NCBI GenBank assembly: GCA_028344335.1 | Contig: JAOMAZ010000002.1 | Coordinates: forward strand, 380-64,379 | Length of the DNA: 64,000 nucleotides | From: Deltaproteobacteria bacterium | Lineage (GTDB): Archaea > Thermoplasmatota > Poseidoniia > Poseidoniales > Poseidoniaceae | Direction of reading: 5' to 3' | Shown: positions 37,044-47,044 of the stretch, piece after piece | Layout of the letters: every line of letters starts with the position of its first letter | Numbering within the stretch: the stretch's first letter is position 1 | The notes under the pieces: model-generated | Database searches by the model: none | Seen by the model: the letters and a program-made list of their open reading frames with translations, nothing else | What the model was told of the DNA's origin: nothing | Position numbers and translations under genes: made by a program

Positions 37044-38759
37044 TCAATTATGGCTTAAAACCAAGCCAGTTTCTTCAATAACTGCATAGCCGATTCTTTC
37101 GAGTTGTACTTGTGTTCCGATGGGGTGTGAGTGGTTCTCAAGAATACCCTTTTGGCAGTTGATTCCATCATCTTCATTGTAATACAGATTCGTCTCTTTA
37201 CCATTAGCAACCCAATGAATTATTCTCAGCCCGCCTGCTGAATCAATTGAAGTTATGATTGCTTTTCCGTCGGTTATTTCAATATCAGCTAGATCTTTCA
37301 GTCTAAATTTATTTGACTTTGAAAGTGCTTCATCAATATCTGCTTTTTCAACCATGATAATTTTTGTAGAAAGATCAATTATTCTTGGCTTGAAATTGGA
37401 ATGCTCTGGGTGAGAGGGAACCGTGATTGATGCCGGTAACTCTCCTCCAACTAGTTCCAATGATTTTGGTTCGCGCACAAAACTGATTCTCGGAGTTTTG
37501 ATGTCAATAATTTTTGTGTCATGAGAAAATAGGCTTGAGAGTGGCACACTGATATCTTTCTGAGTAAGCCCCAACTCAATCCAGAATGCTTTCAATGCTT
37601 CAGCATTCATCCCTTTTCTGCGCATAGATGCAATGGTTGGCAAGCGAATATCATCCCAATTACTATATTTTCCTGACTCTATATCCCTGCGTATTTGAGA
37701 GGTTGAAAAGCCCCCATATTCGTGAATTTTCACTCTTCCCCAGTAAATCGTAGTTGGATACTCCCAACCAAATTTATCATAGAGTAATAATTGCTTTCGA
37801 GTAGAGTCCATCAAATCTTTACCTCTAATGATGTGAGTAACATTTTGCAAATGGTCTTCTACTGCACTCTGGAAATCTAATAATGGCCAAACTCTCCATC
37901 GGCTACCAATGTTAGGCCTTGGATGGGGATTGGTTTTGGTATCTTGAATTCTAAAGGCTGGCCAATCACGAAGGGCGGGATTTGGTAGGGTCATGTCTGT
38001 TTTCACTCTCATCACCGCATCTCCAGGTTTTAGTCTCCCATCTTTCATCTGCATCCATAAGTCGAGGTTTTCTTCAATATCTTGGTGGCGATGTGAACAT
38101 TCTTGCTTGTTTTTTCGAATTTCCTTGAATTCATCTCCACTGCATAAGCAGATGTATGCACCATCCATCTCCAATAATTGAACTGCATGTTTGTGATAAT
38201 ATTCCATTCTCTCACTGGCTATGATAATTTTTGGTTTCAAGCCAGTTAACCATTCAACTTCTTCTTCAATTTTCTCATAGGCAGAGAGGAGAGGTGCTTT
38301 CTGAATTGTGTCAGTATCATCGAAGCGCAGTATCAATGTTCCATTGTGTGCTTTTGCATATTCTGAATTAATGATAAGCCCTCTACTATGTCCAAATGAC
38401 AACAAGCCGTTCGGATTTGGTGCGAATCTAAGAACAACTGTCCCTTCGCCAACATCGGGAAGGTCGGGTAGTCCAACCCTTCGCTCTTTCACTTTCTTTT
38501 CAAGTAAATGCGGAGCAATTGATTCTAATTCACCTCTGATGAAATCACTTCCTTTTTCTTCGAATAAAGAATTTGCATCTGCTACTAATTTAGCAACCAT
38601 TGGAGAGACATCCTTTCCAAATTGCCTTAAATCAGCTCTTTCAGCCATTAGTCTACCAATTACACTGCCTGCTTTGCCAGCCCCTTCATACTCCATGGCA
38701 TTGGCAAGGCAATAGGCACGAATTAGGATAGAGGTTTCCTCATCGGCTTGCCAAGACAT
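37044..38759 (-). CDS. gltX: Glutamyl-tRNA synthetase, archaeal/eukaryotic type
   Basis: Class I motifs are present: VLRFAPNPNGLLSFGHSRG (HIGH variant), LILRFDDTD and THIIRGKDL. ATG 38759 (MSWQADEE) is preferred; the ORF also opens at TTG 38795. Confidence 0.93.
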   Translation of the reverse strand: MSWQADEETSILIRAYCLANAMEYEGAGKAGSVIGRLMAERADLRQFGKDVSPMVAKLVADANSLFEEKGSDFIRGELESIAPHLLEKKVKERRVGLPDLPDVGEGTVVLRFAPNPNGLLSFGHSRGLIINSEYAKAHNGTLILRFDDTDTIQKAPLLSAYEKIEEEVEWLTGLKPKIIIASERMEYYHKHAVQLLEMDGAYICLCSGDEFKEIRKNKQECSHRHQDIEENLDLWMQMKDGRLKPGDAVMRVKTDMTLPNPALRDWPAFRIQDTKTNPHPRPNIGSRWRVWPLLDFQSAVEDHLQNVTHIIRGKDLMDSTRKQLLLYDKFGWEYPTTIYWGRVKIHEYGGFSTSQIRRDIESGKYSNWDDIRLPTIASMRRKGMNAEALKAFWIELGLTQKDISVPLSSLFSHDTKIIDIKTPRISFVREPKSLELVGGELPASITVPSHPEHSNFKPRIIDLSTKIIMVEKADIDEALSKSNKFRLKDLADIEITDGKAIITSIDSAGGLRIIHWVANGKETNLYYNEDDGINCQKGILENHSHPIGTQVQLERIGYAVIEETGLVLSHN

Positions 38760-38816
38760 CTTTCTCGTTGTGCGGCACGGCATACACGTCTTCAATCAGG
38801 CGGCTGAATTATCTCT

Positions 38817-39551
38817 TCAGAATAGAGTTTTTTGAGGAGGCTGCAATTCTCCGTCTTCGATGATTGGCCTTGTTGGTGGCATGCCTTGGTTATTTTCTTT
38901 CCAAATATCTGTAACTGTCTGCCATCTCCACCTTAAATCTGGGTCGCAGATTCCTTTATCGATTAGTTTTCGCACTGCCAATTTTGTTTTTTCATCAGAT
39001 GGATAGCCAGAACCGAGGTCAAAACCCTTTAATTTCGATAATTTTTGAATTTCATAATCTCTTGTTGTTTTGGCAAGAATACTTGCTGCCCCAACTGCAG
39101 GATGGATATCATCAGCTCCATGCCTACTATCTACATTCCAATTACTCCATGGCCACTTTTTTATCCTCTTACATACGTTCTTAGCAAAGCGCACTGGGTC
39201 GGTATCACAAGCATCCAATTCAAGAATACCACTTCCTTTTAGGGTTGGGAGATTATTGATTACGTACGAAAATAGAATGCACTCGTGTTCATTCAAGTTC
39301 CCTCTTTGCATGGCATTATCGATTGCTGCTGGACTTGAAGAATGAATAAAGAAATGCCAATCTCTTGACTCGGATTCTTTTCTTAACCATTTTTCCAATT
39401 TTTCTCTCTTCTCTGGAGATAGTTTTTTTGAGTCTTTCACACCTTCTTTGACAAGCAAATGTAGGTCTTCATCGGGACAACAAAAACTTGCTACTACCAA
39501 AGGGCCAATCACCGGCCCCCTGCCTGCCTCATCTACACCGATGTGCCACAT
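38817..39551 (-). CDS. rnhB: Ribonuclease HII
   Basis: MWHIGVDEAGRGPVIGPLVVA is the canonical RNase HII N-terminal DEAGRG motif. DACDTD and GSGYPSD are also present. Confidence 0.93.
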   Translation of the reverse strand: MWHIGVDEAGRGPVIGPLVVASFCCPDEDLHLLVKEGVKDSKKLSPEKREKLEKWLRKESESRDWHFFIHSSSPAAIDNAMQRGNLNEHECILFSYVINNLPTLKGSGILELDACDTDPVRFAKNVCKRIKKWPWSNWNVDSRHGADDIHPAVGAASILAKTTRDYEIQKLSKLKGFDLGSGYPSDEKTKLAVRKLIDKGICDPDLRWRWQTVTDIWKENNQGMPPTRPIIEDGELQPPQKTLF

Positions 39552-39559
39552 ATTACCGC

Positions 39560-42034
39560 CTAAATATCAAGGTCATCTAAATCTTCATCCTTTGGTAAGG
39601 GGGATTTTTTGCTTTCCATCAAACCTTTTGGATCATGGCGAGTTGTTCTTTCATTTTCGCTATCTACGCCAGGTAGGTCGAGGTTTGATGAATGTGTGGT
39701 AGAACTACCCTTTAGCATTAAACCGGCAGCCATTTCATCCATTTTGAGAATGACTTCCTTGGCATCGTGATGATCCAAAACGGTAGCAGCTGCCTCAACT
39801 AATTTTTCATCAACTGGAGTTGATGTTTGTTTTCTCGGGCCACTACTAAGGCTGAATGCCGCGCTGAATGAACCTGCATCCATACTCGGACTTTCAACCA
39901 ATTCCACTTGCTTTTCTCCACTCTCTGCAAATTTAGACTCAATCTCGCTAAACTCTTCAGGTGGTTTAGGTTTTCTTGCCTCTTCTAATTCTTTGATAAT
40001 ACGTTGTTCCTCCTCAATTTTCCTTCTCCTCTGTAGGGCGATGTGAATTGCAAAAATAGAGAATATTATAGCAAAGAAAGTGTACGAATGGCGACTCCAA
40101 GTTTCATCAATGAAGCCAAACATTGGTGTAAAGTCGAACCATGTCTCTTCTTCAACTGGCTGATTAGGTTGCCAAGGTGTACCAAGCCAATCCTCATTGC
40201 TTGATGTATTAACTTCAGCGCCATCAGGGTCGGAAAAACTCCACATGCTAACGTTCATCCATAAGGTCCCATTTAGAAGTTCATCAACAGGTAATTTGGC
40301 CCAAGAACGGAAGGTTATATTCTGCCCGTGATTTATGTCGATAATTTGGAAATCTCGCAATTGGTCTGCCTCTAATTCAAACTCAGCACCATCTGGTGGG
40401 CTCAAACCATGTTCAGTGTAATGACTGACTGTTAAGACCACTATTAACCCGTCTTTACCATTGCCGAGATTCTTTACCGTGCAAGACATTGTCATCAAAC
40501 CATCAGCATCAACCTCTTGAATTACTTCTTCGAAAACCCAATTAGAATCTAAAGCAATACTGATATTAATTTTCAATGTATCAACTATATCTCCCTCTGC
40601 AGGACGTAATTTCCAAATAACTTCGGCTTGAGTAAAGGCTTCGATTCCTTCATTTATAGTAATTTCAATCCCTGGAATCTCAACCGACTCTCCTCTTGCG
40701 AGTGAAATTTGGCTGGAGGGTTGATTAACAACTACCCATTCAGGAGATTCAGAAAATAAAGTGAAGGAATCAATGAAATTTCCGCTATTATTGACTATTA
40801 ATGAGCCACTACAAGTTTCACCTGGCTTGATACTTCGACATTCCAATCCGTCTAAATCAATACTTCCATTACGAATCAATTCAATATTGGCAAACATATC
40901 AACACTGACATCCCTTGTAGGGGCGGATGGACTGTAAGCACGAACTCTAATTCCTGCAGAACCTGATGCCACTGCCGGTGCAAGAATCGAGATATCGATG
41001 AAAGCACTTGCATTGACTGCGAGTAAAGATGCATTATATTCTGTTGATATTCTAAAAGTCCAACCTGAAATATTGAGAATATCTGCTTTTTCTCCAACCG
41101 GCAACCCATTTTGGTCTAATTCCATAATTTCTATTTCCATTCTGGATTGTGAATTACCTACATTTCTAACTTTTAGTTGTAGTTTCCCAGTATCCTCTGG
41201 ATCAAGAGTAATATTTCCTTGATGCCAATCGATAGTTGCATTGTGAAAAGTTTTTGGAATAATTGTAAATGAATATGATGATACAGCAGAATCAAGAGAG
41301 GAAGTAGCAGTCATCGTCCATGTTAATCCATCTCCTGAAGTTGGACTTCCATTAATGACTGGGGGAACCCAGACTTGGATATTCACCCACCCAATCGCAC
41401 CTGCCTCTATACTCATCAGGCTTCCATTCCAAGGCTCATCTCCCAAATCCCATTGAATTCTCCATCCTACATCACCTTCTAATTTTATCAGCGGTTCATC
41501 CAAAGTAGTTCCATTATTGCTGAGATTTAGAGCGAAAGAGAATGGAGTGTCTGGATTGATATTGAAGGTACTTCCTGCACTTCCCCAACCTAATGAGCTT
41601 TCTATATCAACAGAAATATCGATACTCATGGAATGAAATAATTCTTGGCTACTATTGTGCCTCCATTCAAGATTAATAGTTTGCATTCCCAAGTTTGCAC
41701 CGGAATCTGCTGTTAAGGTGAAAAGCAGTTGACCTAATGCACCTGAATTCATTTCAATACCTTCACTTGGTAAACCTGCGATAGAAATTGAGTTGAGGGA
41801 CTGTTGCACACTGACATCAGTGATAATTTGTTCATCCTTTAGGTTATGCCAGATTAATGAAACTTGTTTTACTTCATCTCGATGAATATGCACAATTTGA
41901 GGATTAGAGACAGTGAAATCAGACTCTCTAGCAGAATTGTTCTTTTTTTCATATGTAGACGAAGACAAAGAAGTGTCAACAATGCCAGTGGTGGTTGAGA
42001 TTAGTAAAATAATCACCAGCAACTGAGCCTTCAT
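39560..42034 (-). CDS. Large secreted protein with repeated beta-sandwich (CARDB/NEW3-like) modules, TM anchor and charged cytoplasmic tail
   Basis: The signal peptide follows the ATG at 42034 (MKAQLLVIILLISTTTG). Repeated segments of the type ...LxxxNxGN... occur (NLSNNGTT, VRNVGNSQS, VNNSGNF, VKNLGNGKD). The TM is YTFFAIIFSIFAIHIAL, followed by RRRKIEEE. Confidence 0.65.
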   Translation of the reverse strand: MKAQLLVIILLISTTTGIVDTSLSSSTYEKKNNSARESDFTVSNPQIVHIHRDEVKQVSLIWHNLKDEQIITDVSVQQSLNSISIAGLPSEGIEMNSGALGQLLFTLTADSGANLGMQTINLEWRHNSSQELFHSMSIDISVDIESSLGWGSAGSTFNINPDTPFSFALNLSNNGTTLDEPLIKLEGDVGWRIQWDLGDEPWNGSLMSIEAGAIGWVNIQVWVPPVINGSPTSGDGLTWTMTATSSLDSAVSSYSFTIIPKTFHNATIDWHQGNITLDPEDTGKLQLKVRNVGNSQSRMEIEIMELDQNGLPVGEKADILNISGWTFRISTEYNASLLAVNASAFIDISILAPAVASGSAGIRVRAYSPSAPTRDVSVDMFANIELIRNGSIDLDGLECRSIKPGETCSGSLIVNNSGNFIDSFTLFSESPEWVVVNQPSSQISLARGESVEIPGIEITINEGIEAFTQAEVIWKLRPAEGDIVDTLKINISIALDSNWVFEEVIQEVDADGLMTMSCTVKNLGNGKDGLIVVLTVSHYTEHGLSPPDGAEFELEADQLRDFQIIDINHGQNITFRSWAKLPVDELLNGTLWMNVSMWSFSDPDGAEVNTSSNEDWLGTPWQPNQPVEEETWFDFTPMFGFIDETWSRHSYTFFAIIFSIFAIHIALQRRRKIEEEQRIIKELEEARKPKPPEEFSEIESKFAESGEKQVELVESPSMDAGSFSAAFSLSSGPRKQTSTPVDEKLVEAAATVLDHHDAKEVILKMDEMAAGLMLKGSSTTHSSNLDLPGVDSENERTTRHDPKGLMESKKSPLPKDEDLDDLDI

Positions 42035-42132
42035 CAAGAGGCTGGTAGGCACCTTGCTCTTCAACCATTTCGTTAATTCGTGTATGAAAAATAATCGGTA
42101 ACCTCATCTGTAGCAACCTCTCTCGATGAAAC

Positions 42133-42459
42133 ATGCCCCCACTCTGGCCTTTCAAGAAGAAGGCGGCTGTCGATGAGAAGCCGCCTGCTCCAATTGCTTA
42201 TGATAGAAATAATGACCACTCTGCAGAGATTTTGGCAGATACCTCTCATACCGATAGCCAAGATTACAAAGCAGCAATGGCGGCTTTATCTAATCCCCAT
42301 TTAGAAGAACCTACAGAACAACCATCAGGAGTTCCAGAAAAAGAATATGTTCAGTCAAATGATGGCTATTGGTATTTGAAAAAGGCCGATGGTAGTTTTG
42401 AGCCCGAAGTATATGTAAAAAATGAAGACGGAACATACCGGTTATTTTCAGCAAATTAA
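42133..42459 (+). CDS. Hypothetical small protein with Pro-rich N-terminus and Trp/Tyr-rich beta-hairpin-like C-terminus
   Basis: The ATG start gives MPPLWPFKKK...KPPAPI. The C-terminus is DGYWYLKKADGSFEPEVYVKNEDGTYRLF. Confidence 0.4.
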   Translation: MPPLWPFKKKAAVDEKPPAPIAYDRNNDHSAEILADTSHTDSQDYKAAMAALSNPHLEEPTEQPSGVPEKEYVQSNDGYWYLKKADGSFEPEVYVKNEDGTYRLFSAN

Positions 42460-42474
42460 AATAAAACTTGTGGC

Positions 42475-44229
42475 TTACAAAACTGGATCAGGAATGGCCT
42501 TTCTTAATGCCTGAAGGCAGAATTCAGCCCCATGCAGAGGCACTCTTAATTCGAATAATGCACCAACGGTGGGGTCTATTTCGCCCATCTCCCCAACCTT
42601 TTCACCTGCAATGAAAATTTGGGAAGAGCGACCTTTCATCCACGGTCCTTGCTGTGCCGGCATCTCCTTCCACTCTACATTTGAAGATGATGAATCGATT
42701 CCAAGGTCTCTAAGGAATGCTTGAACCATACCTCTACAATTTGCGAATGAGGAAACATTTTCTGCACAAAGCCAAGAAACTCTATCCTTATTGTGGTGAT
42801 TTCTAACAGTGGTGCCTACTTCATAGATACTTTGAGGAAGCTCATGGTGTCGGTTTGCAGCTAATAACCTCAATAAACTGGGGAGAACCGATTGTCTGAG
42901 CATTGTGTGATCTTGGGTTATTGGGTTGGAAATTAATGTTGAAATTCCTTCACTTTGCCAACGGGGAAATGTAAATTGATCATTTTCATTAGATAATGTC
43001 AAACTTTGTACCTGAGTTAGTCCAAGTCCACATAGACTGTCTCTAAGTCTTCGCTTGAAAGTTGCATCTTGATGGGGAATTGCTGTAGTTGCGTGGCTTG
43101 GACTTGCATCGCCGAGGTTTTCATAGCCATGTCCTATTGCTATTTCTTCCACTAAATCTATTGGATGTAAAATGTCAAATCTCCATCTAGGCATTTCTAT
43201 CATTAACAAGTCCGAACCTTTGCTTGCATCAGCCATTCTGCCACCTCCTATTTTTTCGGATGTTTCTCGACCGATGAAACGCCCCCCCATCCGATTAATT
43301 GCATAATTGAGTTCAGCATCACTAAATTTGTATCCAAGGATAGAGAATACTAATTCTTCTGGAACTTTGTGTACGATGGCTTTGGAAGGGGGGGATTCGA
43401 ATTGCTGCCCTTCGCAATCTGTAATGTTAACAGATTCAACAACTCCTCCTCTAGCTTGTAACTGAAGGCAAATAAGGAGTAAACTGCATTCACAGGCGCG
43501 ATGATCCCAGCCAGTTACATCGATGAAGAAATCTCTAGTCTGGTGGTTTACAGTGGTATGGTCACCGTTGATTATAGGGGGGAATGATAGTGCTGCATCA
43601 TCATCATCGAGGATTATAGGGAAGCGTTCAAACCCGTCTAAGAGGTGTGCATATTCAACACCTTTTTCATGGTTGGATAGGATTTCAGAAATCGACATTT
43701 CTTGTTGCATTTGAAGTGGGATGAATGCATATTCTTTTGGTACTGAAATAACCCTGAAAGGGGGCTTCAAAGACGACAAGTCATGGACCCCGATTGAAGC
43801 TCTTTTCCTCCCCCTTCCAAGTGCGAAATGAAGTTTCTCTTGGTGTTCCATTAAGGCTTTAATGAATTCTTCTTTTTCTTCTGAATCATCACCAATATCC
43901 ACTCCTCTTACTATTGCACCGAGAATAACCGGCCGGATTTCCTTGAGGCTACTATCAACCATGAGTTTGACTTGACCTTGTTGAATATCCACCCTTGGCA
44001 CGGCTACAGTTCCATGTAAGAAGGGACGGATTGCATGAGCAAGAGTTTCACCAGAAAGCAAGTCAGGTCGGTCTGGAAATATCTCAATTTCTAGCATTTC
44101 ATCATCGCATCTGTCGATATCAGTTCCGAGTAAAGGTAATTGATCGGCAATCAATTCAGGCTTGCTTTCAATATCATGTCTTTGCTGCAATTTTTTTAAT
44201 AAAGAATGTTCGACCTTGATAGTTGGCAT
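42475..44229 (-). CDS. pheT: Phenylalanyl-tRNA synthetase beta subunit (archaeal type)
   Basis: The start MPTIKVEHSLLKKL is typical of archaeal PheT. FPPIINGDHTTV (B3/4 domain) and a B5-like segment are present. ATG 44229 abuts the upstream stop at 44240. Confidence 0.9.
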   Translation of the reverse strand: MPTIKVEHSLLKKLQQRHDIESKPELIADQLPLLGTDIDRCDDEMLEIEIFPDRPDLLSGETLAHAIRPFLHGTVAVPRVDIQQGQVKLMVDSSLKEIRPVILGAIVRGVDIGDDSEEKEEFIKALMEHQEKLHFALGRGRKRASIGVHDLSSLKPPFRVISVPKEYAFIPLQMQQEMSISEILSNHEKGVEYAHLLDGFERFPIILDDDDAALSFPPIINGDHTTVNHQTRDFFIDVTGWDHRACECSLLLICLQLQARGGVVESVNITDCEGQQFESPPSKAIVHKVPEELVFSILGYKFSDAELNYAINRMGGRFIGRETSEKIGGGRMADASKGSDLLMIEMPRWRFDILHPIDLVEEIAIGHGYENLGDASPSHATTAIPHQDATFKRRLRDSLCGLGLTQVQSLTLSNENDQFTFPRWQSEGISTLISNPITQDHTMLRQSVLPSLLRLLAANRHHELPQSIYEVGTTVRNHHNKDRVSWLCAENVSSFANCRGMVQAFLRDLGIDSSSSNVEWKEMPAQQGPWMKGRSSQIFIAGEKVGEMGEIDPTVGALFELRVPLHGAEFCLQALRKAIPDPVL

Positions 44230-44239
44230 TTCAATCACC

Positions 44240-45799
44240 TCAACTGGCAAACCAATGCGGTAAGGGTCTGCCATATCCTGATAAACGAAGTCCACTGGTT
44301 GCCGCTGTTTCATTATTGATTGCTCTCAAATGCTTACGTGTCAATTGGTCAATACTAATTATTCCTAGTTGAATTAACCAACCTTCAAGATTTGAACTCA
44401 ATTCCTCCAACCATTGGTTAATTGCCGCAACTCCATTTACGGGGGCACTACAAATAACCATTTTGCAACCTGCTGAACAGGCTATCGCTAAGTCTTGGGA
44501 TGTAGCATCCCAATCCAATTCAAGTCCTAATAAAATTCCATCTCTTGCTAATGAATTTGCAGCTGCAGAGCGTCCAATTAGCGGTAATGCTGAGGCTGCT
44601 GTCCTTCCACTTGGGTCACCAAGGCGAGAGATACATGCATCGACATCTGAATTTGCTGAAAGTATGTGGAGCTTTTCAACTTCATCGAGGTCTGAAAGAA
44701 GGACAATAGGTGAGTCTTCTCCAACTAATCCCTTGAGGGAAACAATAAGCCCATCTAAGCGGGCAGAATTTAGAGAGGGAATTGCAGAAATATCGAGTAC
44801 AACTCCCCCTGCTTCTTTTAGTAAATCAGCAGCTTGATTGAGGTTTTGTTCATCGAGCAAAACCAAATCAATTGCTCTTGGATTTGTTCTTACTAAGAAT
44901 GGTTGTTTACTGACTCTTCCTTTGTTCAACCCTTTGCCGTCTTCACGCATTGGTAGCAGAGGCAATGGTAATCCAAGTGCTTCACATTCACCACCTCTTT
45001 CACCGAGTAAGACCATGGTGTCGCGTTCGGAATGTTTTGGAGGGCTGCTACCTTCAGAATTAACAAGAGCGATGCCATCCCAAGAGCCACTATTTTTCCT
45101 CTGAGGTAATACTGGACTTACTATCGTATCATTATCTACTACAAGACAAACTGCATCAGCAGGTATCTCAAGAGTAGGGTCGGCCATTTCTGAATTCAAT
45201 TTTTTACAGTCGGCAGTACTTAGAGTGGACATTTTCACTCCGTTTGGAATTGGTGGGCATCTACCATTGATGATTATTCTGCCACCACTCATGCCGATTC
45301 CTGGCTCGTGGCTCACATCACCGTGGACGATGATATCTCCTGCCGACATTCCTCCACCTATTCGACTGCCACAATCACCCCTGATAACCAATATTCCTCC
45401 AGACATACAAGAGCCGGCATCATTTCCTGCTCCATCTCTGATAACAACTCTTCCTGATGACATTGAATATGCAACGAAATCTTCAACTCCTCTCTCAGCT
45501 GAAATGTGGCCACCATTATTCCAAGCGCCAAAAAAATCTCCTGCCTGCCCTTCTAATGTGAAAGAACCACCAGTTGAAAATGCTCCAACACAGTCTTTCA
45601 AAGCACCAAGCATTCGTAATCTAGCACCGTTTGGTAATCCAGGTGCGATACCCATTTCTCCTTGTTTGGGATTTGGCTCACCATCACGGCTCCATCCTAC
45701 CTTCATACCTTGGTCGAGTTGCAATGCCCTCTCCACTAATTTTTGGAGGTCTTTATTCAGTGCAAGACTGCGGCTGACATCCTCTCGCATCTGCGCCAT
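44240..45799 (-). CDS. GXGXG-motif beta-helix protein (glutamate synthase domain 3 / FwdC-like) fused to a TIM-barrel-like C-terminal domain
   Basis: Tandem GXGXG turns read GQAGDFFGAWNNGGHISAERGVEDFVAYSMSSGRVVIRDGAGNDAGSCMSGGILVIRGDCGSRIGGGMSAGDIIVHGDVSHEPGIGMSGGRIIINGRC. The C-terminal roughly 270 aa loosely resemble the end of the GltS FMN domain. GTG 45811 is an alternative start. Confidence 0.65.
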   Translation of the reverse strand: MAQMREDVSRSLALNKDLQKLVERALQLDQGMKVGWSRDGEPNPKQGEMGIAPGLPNGARLRMLGALKDCVGAFSTGGSFTLEGQAGDFFGAWNNGGHISAERGVEDFVAYSMSSGRVVIRDGAGNDAGSCMSGGILVIRGDCGSRIGGGMSAGDIIVHGDVSHEPGIGMSGGRIIINGRCPPIPNGVKMSTLSTADCKKLNSEMADPTLEIPADAVCLVVDNDTIVSPVLPQRKNSGSWDGIALVNSEGSSPPKHSERDTMVLLGERGGECEALGLPLPLLPMREDGKGLNKGRVSKQPFLVRTNPRAIDLVLLDEQNLNQAADLLKEAGGVVLDISAIPSLNSARLDGLIVSLKGLVGEDSPIVLLSDLDEVEKLHILSANSDVDACISRLGDPSGRTAASALPLIGRSAAANSLARDGILLGLELDWDATSQDLAIACSAGCKMVICSAPVNGVAAINQWLEELSSNLEGWLIQLGIISIDQLTRKHLRAINNETAATSGLRLSGYGRPLPHWFAS

Positions 45800-45926
45800 T
45801 GGCTGGCCCACAGCCTCATCGCCTTCAAGGTGTTTACTTGTCTGCTATACCTTTGAGCAGATTGGCAGCCTTTTCAGTAATGTTCATGGGCATACTGCAA
45901 AGGCCGATGCATTGAGGGTGGTGCAG

Positions 45927-46976
45927 ATGGCCGTTATCAGAGTTGCAATCAATGGATATGGTACGATTGGCAAAAGAGTTGCAGATGCGGTTGCCGCACA
46001 AGATGACATGGAATTAGTGGGAGTAACTAAGACCAGCCCTTCGTTTGGCTGTGATTTAGCAGTTCGAAAAGGATATCCATTGTATTGCACATTTGATGAT
46101 TCTGCAAAGATATCCGCATTCGCTGCCGAAGGCTATAGTTGCCTCGGAGGTCTATCAGACCTGCTCTCTGCTTGTGAAATTGTCATTGATTGCTCTCCTG
46201 GAAAGGTTGGTGCTGATAATTTGGCAAAATACAAAGCGGCTAAAGTCAAGTCTATATTCCAAGGTGGCGAGAAACATTCCTTGACAGGGTTGTCCTATAC
46301 CTCATCTGCTAATCACCAACAAAACCTCGGCGCAGATTGTACCCGTGTAGTTTCTTGTAATACAACTGGTTTGTCTCGAACTTTGATGCCTTTACACAAT
46401 CACTGTTCAGAGATAGGTGGTATTTCGGTGAATTGTGTTATGATTCGTCGAGCAGCCGACCCAGGAGATTCCTCCAAAGGACCAATTAATGCAATAAAAC
46501 CTGTATTGAAAGTACCTTCTCACCATGGTCCAGATGTTATGACCGTTCAGCCTGACATTAGGATTAACAGTTTAGCAGTGGCTGTTCCAACTACTATTAT
46601 GCACGTTCATGCCATGACAGTAGAACTTCCTGAAGGCCATGGACTAACTCAAGATTCAATCTTACAAATGTGGCATGATTCGCCTCGCATCATCATAATG
46701 AATGGGGCGAAAACTAGGATAACAACGACTGCCGAAGTTATGGAGTTGGCAAGAGATATAGGGAGAACCTGGGGTGACTTACACGAAATATTCGTTTGGG
46801 AGGATGGAGTTAGTCTGGATGAAAACACCCTCTATTATTTCCAGGCAATACATCAAGAAAGCGATGTTATTCCTGAAAATATTGATGCTATCAGAGCATT
46901 GATGAATAGTGAAGTAGAATGGCAAACAAGTGTTGCAAAAACCGATGCAGCAATTGCACGATTCAATAATATTTGA
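45927..46976 (+). CDS. gap: Glyceraldehyde-3-phosphate dehydrogenase, archaeal type II
   Basis: The N-terminus is MAVIRVAINGYGTIGKRVADAV and the catalytic Cys lies in VVSCNTTGLSR. The first 234 codons of the tracked 583-aa ORF are antisense shadow of the neighbouring gene. Confidence 0.92.
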   Translation: MAVIRVAINGYGTIGKRVADAVAAQDDMELVGVTKTSPSFGCDLAVRKGYPLYCTFDDSAKISAFAAEGYSCLGGLSDLLSACEIVIDCSPGKVGADNLAKYKAAKVKSIFQGGEKHSLTGLSYTSSANHQQNLGADCTRVVSCNTTGLSRTLMPLHNHCSEIGGISVNCVMIRRAADPGDSSKGPINAIKPVLKVPSHHGPDVMTVQPDIRINSLAVAVPTTIMHVHAMTVELPEGHGLTQDSILQMWHDSPRIIIMNGAKTRITTTAEVMELARDIGRTWGDLHEIFVWEDGVSLDENTLYYFQAIHQESDVIPENIDAIRALMNSEVEWQTSVAKTDAAIARFNNI

Positions 46977-47044
46977 AAACAAATTTCACTCATGGTGCCG
47001 ATTCCATCAATAAGGGAATCAAGGTCGCAATAGGTGTGAGTGGC

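Noticed and set aside
38760-38795. Extended N-termini are implied by the TTG/GTG starts in the ORF track (gltX 38795, pheT 44313, adk 51998, aIF6 60400, surface proteins 36111 and 42064, and others).
   Set aside because: In each case an internal ATG gives the family-typical N-terminus or a proper signal peptide and removes overlaps with neighbouring genes. The extensions are probably not translated.
45225-45926. The N-terminal 234 codons of the tracked 583-aa plus-strand ORF would make the GAPDH a long fusion protein.
   Set aside because: This part is exactly antisense to the GXGXG gene. Its translation is low-complexity Pro/Ser-rich with no motifs. The canonical GAPDH N-terminus (MAVIRVAINGYGTIGKR) begins at the internal ATG 45927, so this is a shadow ORF.
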